DNA from: Somniosus microcephalus
Taxonomy: Eukaryota
Reading direction: 5' to 3'
Assembly (NCBI GenBank): GCA_052327205.1
Contig: CM126213.1
Location: 166,036,001 to 166,100,000, forward strand
DNA length: 64,000 nt
Part shown: positions 13,382 to 24,620 of the stretch, piece by piece
Layout of the letters: each line of letters opens with the position of its first letter
Position numbering within the stretch: position 1 is the first letter of the stretch
Notes under the pieces: model-generated
Database searches by the model: none
Seen by the model: only the letters and a program-made list of their open reading frames with translations
Told to the model about the DNA's origin: nothing
Made by a program: the position numbers and the translations under genes

Positions 13382-13723
13382 CGTCGTCATACGTGTCTTC
13401 ACACTGTTCCCTTTGGGGAACTGTATGAAGTGGTGGAAGGATTTATGGCCGTGATTAACGCTCCTTCCGTGACCGTAACCATCTTTCTACCAGCCATTAG
13501 GGTGGTTAGTCCTATGGCGGGAGGGTTTTACAGGCTCCCACAAGCTATACGAGGAGGGGGGGCCACCCACACCCACGGACCCAAATATCCCACTGGATGT
13601 CAACCCAGAATTTAGAGCCGGAGCTCCGACTCCACTTGCCGGGACTGTCTGGAGCGGGGTTCGAAACCCTACCCCGTCTGGCCCAGCGGCGGGGATCCTA
13701 CCGCTACGCCAAAGGCCCACTCC
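13382..13723 (-). mobile_element. tRNA-derived SINE, copy 1 (family not recognised)
   Basis: Minus-strand A box TGGCGTAGCGG and B box GTTTCGAACCC; (GAC)n tail; TSD TTAGCAACGT at 13372-13381 and 13726-13735. Confidence 0.85.
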
Positions 13724-13973
13724 GATTAGCAACGTGAAATGGCTGGAATGAGCACAATTCACGGCATTAAAAGAACTCACAATTGAACTGATGATGACCT
13801 CAGCAATCTCCTCAATGAGGTGGAGGCACAGCGCCTGCTCATCATTGGTAATGAGAAGTCCAAGGCGCCGCAAAAAGGACAGATGATAGCTTGGTCTTTC
13901 AAGTGGCAGCATAGGGCCCCAGTCACAGAGAGGGAAAAGGCACAGGAAATGTATGGGTGTCACCTTTTGCGCA

Positions 13974-14318
13974 GAGTGGGCCTTTTGCGTAGCGGTAAGC
14001 ATCCCCGCCGCTGGGCCAGAAGGAGTAGGGTTTCGAACCCCGCTCCAGACAGTCCCGGCAAGTGGAGTCGGAGCTCCAACTATAAATTCTGGGTGGACAT
14101 CCAGCGGGATACTTGCGTCCGCGGGTGGCCCCCCCCCCCCTCCCCCCCTCAGATGAGTTGTGGGAGCCCGTAAAACCCTCACGCCATAGGACTAACCACC
14201 CTAATGACTGGTATGAAGATGGTTATGGTCACAGAAGGAGCATTAACGTGGCCAGAAATCCTTCCACCACTTCATACAGTTCCCGAAAGGGGACAGTGTG
14301 AGGATACGTACGACGATG
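13974..14318 (+). mobile_element. tRNA-derived SINE, copy 2 (same family)
   Basis: A box TTGCGTAGCGG, B box GTTTCGAACCC, tail ACGACGATG; TSD ACCTYTTGCGCA at 13962-13973 and 14319-14330. Confidence 0.85.
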
Positions 14319-14432
14319 ACCTCTTGCGCAATGCACCTCCTTGGACCCTCAGTCGCAGATGCGAGGGGGCAAATCGTGCAATTGTTAAATTTTTCATTTT
14401 ATTGACATGTAAAATGTTGGCCCAGTAATTCC

Positions 14433-15062
14433 ATGTTGGCCTTCGTAGCAAGAGGGTTTGAGTACAGGAACAAGGATGTCTTGCTGCAGTTGTACAGGGC
14501 CTTGGTGAGACCACATCTTGAGTATTGTGTGCAGTTTTGGTCACCTTACCTGAGGAAGGACGTTCTTGCCATGGAGGGAGTGCAGCGAAGATTCACCAGG
14601 CTGATACCTGGGATGGCAGGAATGACGTATGAGGAGAGATTGTGTCGATTGGGCTTATACTCACTGGAGTTTAGAAGATTGAGAGGGGATCTCATCGAAA
14701 CCTATAAAATTCTGTCAGGTCTGGACAGACTAGATGCAGGAAGGACGTTTCTGATGGCTGGGGAGTCCAGAACCAGGGGTCATAGTCTAAGGATAAGGGG
14801 TAAGCCATTTAGGACAGAGATGAGGAGGAATTTCTTCACCCAGAGAGTGATGAACCTGTGGAATTCTCTACCACAGAAGGCCGTGGAGGCCAATTCATTA
14901 AGTATATTCAAGGAGGAGTTAGATATATTTCTTAAGGCTAAAGGGATCAAGGGGTATGGGGAGAAGGCTGGAACAGGGTACTGAAATTGGATGATCAGCC
15001 ATGATCTCATTGAATGGCGGAGCAGGCTCGAAGGGCCTACTCCTGCTCCTATCTTCTATGTT
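14433..15062 (+). mobile_element. CR1 3' fragment, young subfamily
   Basis: 183-aa ORF nearly identical to the C-terminus of the 33191-35110 ORF; tail TTCTATG. Confidence 0.95.
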
Positions 15063-15365
15063 TGCTAGGCCATTTCAGAGGGCAGTTAAGAGTCAACCAC
15101 ATTGTTGTGGGTCTGGAGTCACATATAGGCCAGACCGGGTAAGGATGGCAGATTTCCTTCCCTAAAAGGACATTAGTGAACCAGATGGGTTTTTACGACA
15201 ATCCAATAGGATCATGGTTACCATTACTGAAATTAGCTTTTTATTCCAGATTTATTTAATTAACTGAATTTAAATTACCCAGCTGCTGTGGTGGGATTTG
15301 AACTCACATCTTTGGATCATTAAGTCCAGGCCTCTGGGTTACTGACCCAGTGACATTACCATTCC
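15062..15365 (-). mobile_element. tRNA-derived SINE, 3'-truncated
   Basis: Minus-strand head TGGTAATGTCACTGG...GAGTTCAAATCCC (B box); body AAAACCCATCTGGTTCACTAATGTCC...GAAATGGCCTAGCAA. Confidence 0.75.
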
Positions 15366-15371
15366 CAGTGG

Positions 15372-16200
15372 GCAAGACCATGGCATATGAAATATAATGT
15401 GGAGAAATGTGAAGTTATCCACTTTGGTAGGAAAAATAGAAAAGCAGAGTATTTTTTAAATGGTGAGAGACTGGGAAATGTTGGTGTTCAGAGGATCCTG
15501 GGTGTCCTTGTACACTAATCACTGAAAGTTAACATGCAGCTACAGTAAGCAATTAGGAAAGCAAATGGTATGTTGTCCTTTATTACAAGAGGATTTGCGT
15601 ATAAGAGTAAAGACATCTTACTGCAATTATATAGGGGCCAGGTGAGACCACACCTGGAGTATTGTGTACAGTTTTGGTCTCCTTACCCAAGGAAGGATAT
15701 ACTTGCCATTGAGGGAGTGCAACGAAGCTTCACCAGACTGGTTCCTGGGATGGGGGGATTGTCCTGTGACGAAAGATTGAGTAGACTGGGTTTATATTCT
15801 GTAGAGTTTAGAAAAATGAGAGGTGATCTCATTGAATCATACAAAATTCTTACAGGACTTGACAGGGTAGATGCAGGGAGGATGTTTCCCCTGGCTGGAG
15901 TGTCTAGAACCAGGGGTCATAGTCTCAGAATAAGGGGTCGGCCATTTAGGACGGAGATGAGGAGAAATTTCTTCACTCAGAAGGTGGTAAATCTTTAGCA
16001 TTCTCTATCCCAGAGTGCTGTGGAAGCTCAGTCGTTGAGTATATTCAAGATCGATAGATTTTTGAATAGTAAGGGAATCAGGGGCTATGGGGATAGTGCA
16101 GGAAAGTGGAGATAAAGTAGAAGATCAGCCATGATCTTTTTGAATGGCGGAGCAGGCTTGGAGGGCCAAATGGCCTACTCCTGCTCCTATTTCTTATGTT
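15372..16200 (+). mobile_element. CR1 3' fragment
   Basis: ORF with VRPHLEYCVQFWSP and RTRGHSLRI; CR1 3' UTR. Confidence 0.92.
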
Positions 16201-16799
16201 CACTCCTTTGAGACCAGAAGAGTTCATAAAGTGACTATGATATTACAATACGACAATTCAAATTTCCACAGCAAATCATTAGTTCTGAATGCTACAATCT
16301 GATTAAACTCAACAATTAACTCCACAAAGATCATTTTGAAATTTATGGTCAACTCCTTAAAACTGTGAACCACCAAAGTCAGCACACTACAGATCTAGGC
16401 TAACTCATACAGCCTCTTTCTCTGCTTAGTGCAGGGAACATTCCTTCAACCCTCCATACCAATGGACAGCATCAACATGAAGCTTCATACAGATGAACAA
16501 AGTTCCATGGGACAGGCAACACTGAGGGTGTGGTTAATGATCAACTCCATTTAGTATTCTACTTTATGAAGTCACTGTTATGTGATAATTTGCTTAAAAT
16601 GTTGTTTATTTGTTCCTTCCAATGTTTTGTTGAATAAATGGAAAGTTTGATTGCAAATGTTTTATTCTTGATCTAAAGCAGCACATTGATTTAAACCGAA
16701 TTTGTGATCTTAATTCAGTTAAAAAAATCATAAACCTTAAAGTTGAATACAATAAAAGCAGAAAGATACATTTCATATTAGCACTGTACAAATCATGAA

Positions 16800-17580
16800 G
16801 AACTGAACAGTGAAGGGGTCGAGAGAAGTGGTGGTGAGGTAGAGCTGGGTGTCAGTGTACACGATGGAACTGGACGTTTTGTTTTTGGATGTTGTTGTCA
16901 AGGGGCAGCATGTAGAAACAGAAGGGGCCAAGGACAGATCCTTGGGGGATTTCAGAGGTAATTGTGCAGAAGCGGAAAGAGAAGCCATTGCAGGTGATTA
17001 GGGCCGTTTCAGTACAATGGCAGGGCGAAACCCAATTGGAGGGATTCAAACGTGGAGGTCCGGGAAAGATCGGCACGGATTTGGGAAGCGGCAACACGTT
17101 CAAGGACTCGAGAGAAAAGGGAGGCTCGAGATGGGGCGGAAGTTAGCAAGGGCATGAAGGGAAATAGAGAAACTAGAGAAAATGCAAGGTCAGAGCTAGG
17201 GCAGCGGGGAACCTTAGGGGAAGTTTGGCCCGGTGGTCTCCGGGCAGGAAGGGAAAGGGCAGATGCAGCTGAATGTATGGTCTCAATCTTAGATGTCCAT
17301 GAGCTCCTCGCACTTGTTGTTTGAGGCGAGGGTGGAGGAGGCAGGGGAGAGTGTTTTAAGAAGACGATTTGTAGTGGAGAAGAGAAGCCGGGGGTTATCT
17401 TTGCATTCCAGGATAAGCAGTTGTGGCAGAGGAGAGCAGGACCCAACAGTGTCAAATCTGGCGACGAATGACTAACCCACTTGTCCGCCATAAACATTCA
17501 AGTCTGCGTCCCTTGGATTTAAGGGAGCGGAAAAATGAGGGCCATACCAGGGAGATCAACCAGGGTGAGGGTAATGGTTT
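16800..17580 (-). mobile_element. L2 LINE fragments
   Basis: Minus-strand IPQGSVLGP and YTDTQLYLTT; homologous to the L2 at 43502-44751. Confidence 0.75.
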
Positions 17581-17619
17581 TAATGGGGACAAGGGCATCA
17601 AAGGTGGAGGGATGAGTGA

Positions 17620-18066
17620 ATTCAGTTACCTGGAGAGACTTGAGAAGCTGGGGGTTGTTCTCCTTAGAGCAGAGAAGGTTTAGAGGAGATTTGATAGAGG
17701 TGTTCAAAATCATCAACAGTTTTGATAGAGTAAATAAGGCGAAACTGTTTCCAGTTGCAGAAGAGTTGGTAACCAGAGGACACAGATTTAAAGATAATTA
17801 GCAAAAGAACCAGAGGTGACGTGAAAAAAAAATTTACACAGCAAATTGTTTATGATCAAGAATGCACTGCCTGAAAGGGTGGTGCAAGCAAATTCAATAG
17901 CAACCTTCAAAAGGGAATTGGATAAATATTTGAAGGGAAAAAATCTGCATGACTATGGGGAAAGAGCAGGGGAGTGGGATTAATTGGATAACTTTCCCCA
18001 AGAGCCAGCACAGGCACAATGGGCCAAATGGCCTCCTTCTGTGCTGTATTATTGTATGATTCTATG
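17620..18066 (+). mobile_element. CR1 3' fragment
   Basis: GLFSLEQRRFRGDLIEVFKI and TRGHRFK; tail ATTCTATG. Confidence 0.88.
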
Positions 18067-18509
18067 TGATGACTTCTCAAGCTACTTTATTCCAAAGTAA
18101 GCAAAACGTACAGAACACTGAATATGCCAAGAGTCACTTGGTATAATCATTAAAACTTCTGTTTATGTAGCTTTACAAAAATAAACACACGTGTGCTAGC
18201 CCGCTTCAGTGGGCCCTTAACTTAACATAAAAAGCACAAACTCTTCCTGACCAGGGTAGACGCTCTCCCCTTGAAGTCAACTTATGTCTGGCTGATTTTT
18301 TGATGTCTCTGTCTTGATTCTAAAAAGGCCTTCTTCGAAGGGATCGAGAGAGTTTGGAAACACCACGATGCATGACGGCTTCCTAAATGACATGTTGCTA
18401 ATGAATTGTGCGCTGTTTGTGTACCATTATCACTTCTGTCATTTAATCATCTCCTGTACGCCACCTAATCACAGACCATTCTATTCTCAGTGATTATTGT
18501 ACCAACAAA

Positions 18510-18660
18510 TTTGAGTCATTCTGCGCATGCGCACCTGTATGAGGACGGAACCTAGCCCTCTAGGCCGAGCCTAAACACCATCTTGCCCCTCCACAGGAGC
18601 TGCGCACGCGCACCCGATGTTGCAGCAGCGCATGCACCTAGCTGCAGGGCTGCGGCCTGA
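18510..18660. promoter_or_regulatory. Cluster of NRF1-like and AP-1 motifs
   Basis: TGAGTCA at 18512-18518, perfect TGCGCATGCGCA at 18522-18533, TGCGCACGCGCA at 18601-18612; local CpG enrichment. Function not shown. Confidence 0.3.
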
Positions 18661-18839
18661 AACACTTTTCCTCCCTGTTGCCAGTCGATTTTGCATGGAT
18701 AAGATCAGGCGATCAGAGCGGGGAGAGGACAGGGATCAGAGGTGGGTGAAAAAAAAGACAGGAACTCGTGGGAAATAAAAGGTCAGGAGCTTTTGGGGGG
18801 GGGGGGGGGGGAAGAGAAGGGAGAAACGGTCAGTAGCTG

Positions 18840-19385
18840 TGGGGGGGGGGGGGGAGAGAGAAGAGAACAGATCAGGAGCTGGGGGTGGGGGAAGAGAACA
18901 GGTCAGGAGCTGGGGGGTGGGGGGGAAGAGAACAGGTCAGGAGCTGGGGGGGGGGGGGAGAGAACAGGTCAGGAGCTGGGGGGGTGGGGGGGCGGAGAGA
19001 ACAGGTCAGGTGCTGGCGGGGGGGGGGGGGAAGAGAACAGGTCAGGAACTGGGGGGCGGGGGGGAAGAGAACAGGTCAGGAGCTGGGGGGCGGGGGGGGG
19101 GAAGAGAACAGGTCAGGAGCTGGGGGGCGGGGAGCAAGAGAACAGGTCAGGAGCTGGGGGGTGGAGGGGGAAGAGAACAGGTCAGGAGCTGGGGGGCAGG
19201 GAAGAGAACGGTCAGGAGCTGGGGGGCAGGGAAGAGAACAGGTCAGGAGCTGGGGGGGGGGGTGGGGAAGAGAACAGGTCAGGAGCTTGGGGGGGGGGGA
19301 AGAAAGAACAGGTCAAGAGCTGGGGGGTGGGGGGGAAGAGAACAGGTCAGGAGCTTGCGGCTGGGGGGGTGGGGAAGAGAAAAGT
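18840..19385 (+). repeat. G-rich minisatellite, ~27-32 bp unit (G)n-AAGAGAACAGGTCAGGAGCT
   Basis: Directly visible tandem array with variable G-run length. Confidence 0.95.
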
Positions 19386-19945
19386 CAGGAACTCAAACAT
19401 GAACGGCAATGATTTGATTTCTCGAAATACCCGGCAAGTGTGCGACAAGTGACATCGGACACTGTCACTATTCACTTCATACCCAATAAACTGGTCAACA
19501 ATCCGTGACCTACACAATGCCCCCTCAGTCACCACAGCTCTCACCCAGAGTGTTTAGTTTCACAGACTGATTAGTGACAGTGTGGCTACTTCCGATTTTT
19601 GGTTGACCCATGATGTCATCCTGCGCATGAGCCGGGCCACTCAGTCATTCTCAGCGCACACTAAAAATCTACGGTTCCGCTAGTGATGTCACTTGCAATG
19701 AAGTCACCCTCACCTGTTCTCATTGAATGAAATGTGCTTCACTAAACCAACCTTGCAGCTCAAATTATGTATAGTCAATGCTGTGGATTTGTCAAATTCA
19801 TCCTCAAACAGCTACAGCACCCTGCATGATCTTACATCGCCTGTTCATGGAGTCACATTTTTCAAGAGGCCCACAAGTCAACTTGAGCACAGCCTGATGG
19901 CACCATTGCTGATTCCTACCATCACTCTGCTGATTCAAAAGCAAT

Positions 19946-21967
19946 AATTCAATTCAATTCAATTCGCTTTATTAGCATGACAAGTTACATTTTATGTTGC
20001 CAAAGCATCGGAAAACATTCATGTTTGTTCACAAAAATACAGATCTATCCATACAGTGTATAAACAGATATATCCCTGAGTGTATAAATATATACTTTCA
20101 TATAATTTATATATACTCTTTTCTTATATTTACTGGTTGTCCCTCTGTTTATGGCAAGCTGTAACATAGTGTGCCGCTAGTGTTATGCAATTTCTCTCTT
20201 CCCCTAGTAGGTATGGGAGTTTTTGGTCGTCATTCAAATTTCTGAATTCCGGGCATATTTTTGTGAATTTTGGGTAGAAATTCTCCCTTATGCCCTGATA
20301 TTTTCTACAAGCTGTGAGGAAGTGCATCTCTGTCTCCACCACTCCCTGACTGCAGTGAGAGCATATCCTGTCCTCTCTTGGTAGCCGGGTCTGTCTGTGT
20401 CTACCTTTTTCGATCGCCAGTTATGTTCACTAAGTCTGTACATTGTCAAAGTTTTTCTCAGTTTGCTATCCTTTACCATGGTCAGGTAATCAGCCATGTT
20501 GTATTGTCTGTTTAGGGCCAAGTAGCAATTGAGTTTGCTTTGGGTTTTTGTTGCTTCTGCCCAATATGACAGATATTTTTCCTTTTGCTTAGCGACGATT
20601 GTGTTGGGTCGAATTCTTTGTGTTACCCTGTCACTGTCCTGGGGCTGGTTATTGTTAGTAATGTTATTAGTTACTTCAGAGTCCCAGGACTAGTTGACTG
20701 AGGGTATTCTTCTTTATGGTCCTCTCTTGGCATTTCAGGGCTTCGTAGTGATAGCATTGGGGGTTGCTCATTTCTAGGTGTTTCCAAAATTTGGTGGCTC
20801 TTTTTTGGATAGTGATTATTAATGGATATTGGCCTAGTTCTGCCCTGCATGCATTGTTTACCGTTTTCCTTTGAGTCCGGAGGATACTTTTACAGAATTC
20901 TGCATGTAGGATCTCAATTGGGTGTTTGTCCCATTTTGCAAATTCTTGTTGTGTTAGCGGTCCCCACACCTCTCTGCCATAGAGTGCCATTGGTTCAATT
21001 ACTGATTTGAAAATTTTGAGCCAAATGCTAATTGGGATTTCTATTTGGATTGATTTTTTAATGGCATAGAAAGCCCTTCTTGCTTTCTCTTTCAGTTCAT
21101 TCACAGCCAGTTTGAAATTTCCCGTAGAACTGATTTTTAAGCCCAAGTATGTGTAGTTAGTGGTTTGTTCAATTTTGGTTGTTCCTAGTGAAATTTATTT
21201 TGGGTCCCTGATGTCTGGATCTTTGCTGGAACACAAGGACTTTGGTTTTTTGGGGATTTATTGTCATGGCCCAAGTCTGGCAGTATGACTCCAGCAGATC
21301 CAGGTTCTGCTGTAGACCCTCCTTAGTTGGTGACAGCAGAACCAGGTCGTCTGCATAGAGGAATTTAACCTTGGATTCATATAGGGTGAGGCCGGGTGCT
21401 GTAGATTGTTCAAGTAGTTTTGCCAATTCATTTATGTAAATATTAAAGAGTGTCGGTGAGATTGGCGAGCCCTGCGTCACCCCCCGCCCCTGTGGGAAGT
21501 ATTTTGTTTGTTTGTCTCCAATTTTAACTGCACATTTGTTGTTTGTATACATTGATTTAATTACATCATATGTTTTTCCCCCTACCCCGCTTTCGATAAG
21601 TTTCAGGAATAAACCGTCATGCCAGATGGAGTCGAAAGCCTTCTGGAAATCTATAAAGCATGTGTAGATTTTGCTTTTGTTTTGATGAACGTGTTTGTCA
21701 ATTAGGGTCTGTAGGGTAAAGATATGATCTGATGTTCTATAGTTTGGCAGGAATCCAATTTGGCTTTTACTCAAGACATTGTGCTCCTCAAGGAAGTTTA
21801 TAAGTCTTTTGTTTATGATGCTACAGAATACCTTCCCCAGGTTACTGTTTACACAGATGCCTCGATAGTTATTTGGGTCGACTTTGTCCCCACTTTTGTA
21901 TATGGGCGTTATGAGTCCTTTGTTCCAGATATCAGGGAAGTAACCGACACTCAGAGCCAAGTTGTGG
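19946..21967 (-). mobile_element. RTEX-like non-LTR retrotransposon, 5'-truncated
   Basis: RT motifs NYRGIC, FIDFQKAFDS, GVTQG, LYADDLVLLS, CRAELGQYP. C-terminal YRLSEH...CxxC...ETEMHFLTAC zinc knuckle. (ATTGA)n tail at 19946-19965. Confidence 0.8.
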
Positions 21968-21974
21968 AAATCTG

Positions 21975-22142
21975 ATATAAATTGCTGGAAACACTCAGCA
22001 AATCAGGCAGCATTTATGGAATTTAAGGAAAGAGAAACATTTACCGTTTCACGTTCTGATGAAAGGTCATCGACCTGAAACGCACACTCTGCTTATCTCT
22101 CTACAGATGCTGCCTGACTTGCTGAGCCTTTCCAGCATTTTA
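21975..22142. mobile_element. Palindromic Penelope-derived terminal repeat with minimal hammerhead core
   Basis: Inverted arms TGCTGGAAA..CTCAGCAA.TCAGGCAGCAT / ATGCTGCCTGA.TTGCTGAG..TTTCCAGCA; homologous to the Penelope 3' end at 61725-61850; CTGATGA-AGGTC/GACCT-GAAA. Confidence 0.75.
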
Positions 22143-22691
22143 TATCACTCAACTGATGACTGGGAGGAAGTCGACAGGGCAGGCCGTACGAGAGTTATCT
22201 TGCTTTTCTAGGTGATCCTCCACATTAACAGGTGGATGAGACTATCATGGCTGCACTGGAGCAGCTAGGCTCGGGGAGCCTGCCTGCGACAATGACTGGA
22301 TCAAATTATACACTGCAGAGGCCTTCAATTACTTGCCAGCAGGCAGAATCAAATTACACATTCCAGACAAACTGTTGGGTGTATCTTGTCCTCCAAGGGG
22401 AACAATGAGAAATCTGGTCCAACCCACTTGTGGTGCAAATAAACACAGCCTTCTTTTTTTCCTCTCGGCCCCTTTTTCCCTGGTTCAGTTGCTCATTATA
22501 AGCTGTTTATCTGAAATGTCAATCCTACTTTCCTCTCTATGTCATATTTGCAGCAGCTGCAGTATTACGCTTTTTATGCAATTTATATCCCTTTTTAAAA
22601 AAAATTCAAAATGGTGTATAAAAAAAGGCAAAACATGACATCCATGACACCCTCATATATATAGTAAATTACAAAATTGCTGCGTCACAAT

Positions 22692-22855
22692 CAACGTTCC
22701 CTCTAATTTTTTTGGGTGCACGGCACCTTTAACGGGCTGCGCAACCCATTCAAATTTCCTCGCATGCGCTGTTTTTTCCCCTTTGTAAAGCCGGCAAATG
22801 GCCTGCGCAGGACCTCCAGACCGCTGCGCAGCTGTGCAGTTTAATGGGAACATTG
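22692..22855. mobile_element. hAT MITE
   Basis: TIRs CAACGTTCCC.../...GGGAACATTG; 8-bp TSD GTCACAAT/ATCACAAT; related inverted copy at 30298-30443. Confidence 0.82.
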
Positions 22856-24414
22856 ATCACAATACAGTCATTAGTAAACCATTAATGAGATACCAACATT
22901 CAGGGAACTTTATGAAAAGTAGTACATCTCTCATGGCACTCGAGAGAAAGCTTGAAAATAATTGGAACTGACTGCACCTCAGCAGCTGGCACATGGGACT
23001 CCTTATAAATCCAGCCCCAGTAATCACAGCTCACACCTGAACCTACATTTCAAGTAGTTTTATTTTAAAATTTCAGACCTCAGTAATAGATATACGAGTC
23101 TATAGCTCCCTTCAACCGTAAAAGCTTGCTGCCTGAAATAGGTTGGGTGCTTCACTGTTGATTCTTCCTGTGGGAGGAAAGACTATAATGGTGGCAGAGT
23201 TATTTTTGGTACCCACCCACATTGGTTGGGCCGAACATCTCTCATCTCTTTGGTTGACAGCCAAAAAATATTATGCACATAGATAACCATGAAAATATCA
23301 AACCTATCAATAAAGGAAGCACTGCTACTCAGATGAAGTCTTTACTATAGCAGAGTACAAATAAAGTACTGAAACCGCTTTATGTTCTTCATATTTTATC
23401 ACAGGATCTGAAAGTTATTCTAAAGCATCAGACGCATTAGGCCAGTACCCCATATAACAAGAAAGTCAAAATTCTCTTTTTATTTTTAAGATGAAGGACA
23501 TTTGAATAAGCTCGTGAGCATTTTGCTTAACTGTTCTTTATTGGCTGGCAAGAAAGAAAAATCATGTGTCAATTGACAGAAAGGCAAATGCTAGTCAGGC
23601 CAATGTGTGCTGCCAAGAGAGAGACAGCGAGACTTCTCTGCATTGCTTCAAGTAACTTCATTATTATTAATGGAATAATGACTAAACACCGCTATGCAGT
23701 ACACTTCATGTCATTCTTTCTCGAGCATAGTTTGCAGGAACATAGTATGATTGGTTTACAGAGGGGGGGAAAACATTAATTTCTCCAAAAACTCATCTAC
23801 CTTCTTTGCTGAGTACCAAAAGTATATCCAGACAATTTATAACAGGATATAGTCACTGCAGTTTTTAAGCCAGTCAAGGAAGTATCTAGAAATCAAAACA
23901 AATACAGTAACGATGAGGATAGGATATAGCTTCCCTAATGGCTCAAGCAGTTAAGCTAATTAAGAACTAAGCCATACCAGGAAGGAGGAAGGAAAGATGG
24001 CTGGATAGATGGTCAATCAGCCAGGGTTCCAGCGCCTGTTCACTATCCAGCAACTCTATGCTGGAAGGTGCATATTCTAATTGTCAGCAGAAAACAGGAC
24101 TGGGCTTGGCTAGAATACCCTATCTGTTTGAATATCGTGGGCTCACATTGCCCCCTGGTCTCACCTGCAAAGAATGGGCACTTAAGCACAGTACGAAATG
24201 CTGTCTGAGGAACTATATTCCTGGCAGGAAGTCAATGCCTTCAAGCAGGGGAGAAAGGAACAAATTAGTCTCCACATTACTCCTGTAAAGGACTGCAAGA
24301 AACATGCATCTTATTTTTACTAAATTAAAGCATTTCTGACAGCAAGTGCTAGCATCAGATTAACCAGCTTTAAAGGCATACTGACAAAAAGCTTGTCTGA
24401 ATTGATTAATCCAC

Positions 24415-24620
24415 ACAGATAAAGTTAGAAGTATAAAAGCTTCATAACTCATTAACTGGTCACTTATCTCATTTGCTAAATGTGGGACTTACTATTTGCT
24501 AATTGGCTGCCACGTTTACTTACTTAACTACTGTGACTGCACTTAAAAAGTAATTAATTGACTGTGAGGCACTTTGGGATGTCCTGAGGAACTGAATGTA
24601 CAAGGTTTTCCTTTTTTTTG
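24415..24620 (+). mobile_element. Degenerate SacSINE1/DeuSINE 3' part
   Basis: CTGGTCA...AATTGGCTGCCACGTTT...CACTTTGGGATGTCCTGAGG, matching 52650-52800. Confidence 0.6.

Larger units (their letters stand above)
12911..14423. mobile_element. Probable Harbinger-type non-autonomous element interrupted by two SINEs
   Basis: Starts GGGGCAGAAATTCGG, like other Harbinger-type ends in this window; GC-rich subterminal region. Right end (ATGTTGGCCC) is uncertain. Confidence 0.4.

Noticed and set aside
13974-14050. tRNA gene
   Set aside because: A and B boxes are present but there is no proper acceptor stem; it is a SINE head.
13372-14330. Single foldback or composite transposon with long TIRs, and the 231-aa ORF across it
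   Set aside because: Each arm has its own TSD and no shared outer TSD is visible; the ORF reads through two SINEs by chance.
18742-19452. Gly-rich ORFs of 175-236 aa in three frames
   Set aside because: Translations of a stop-free minisatellite.
23520-23790. Possible conserved enhancer (NFI/Meis/homeobox-like motifs)
   Set aside because: Short motifs only; cannot be supported without a cross-species alignment.
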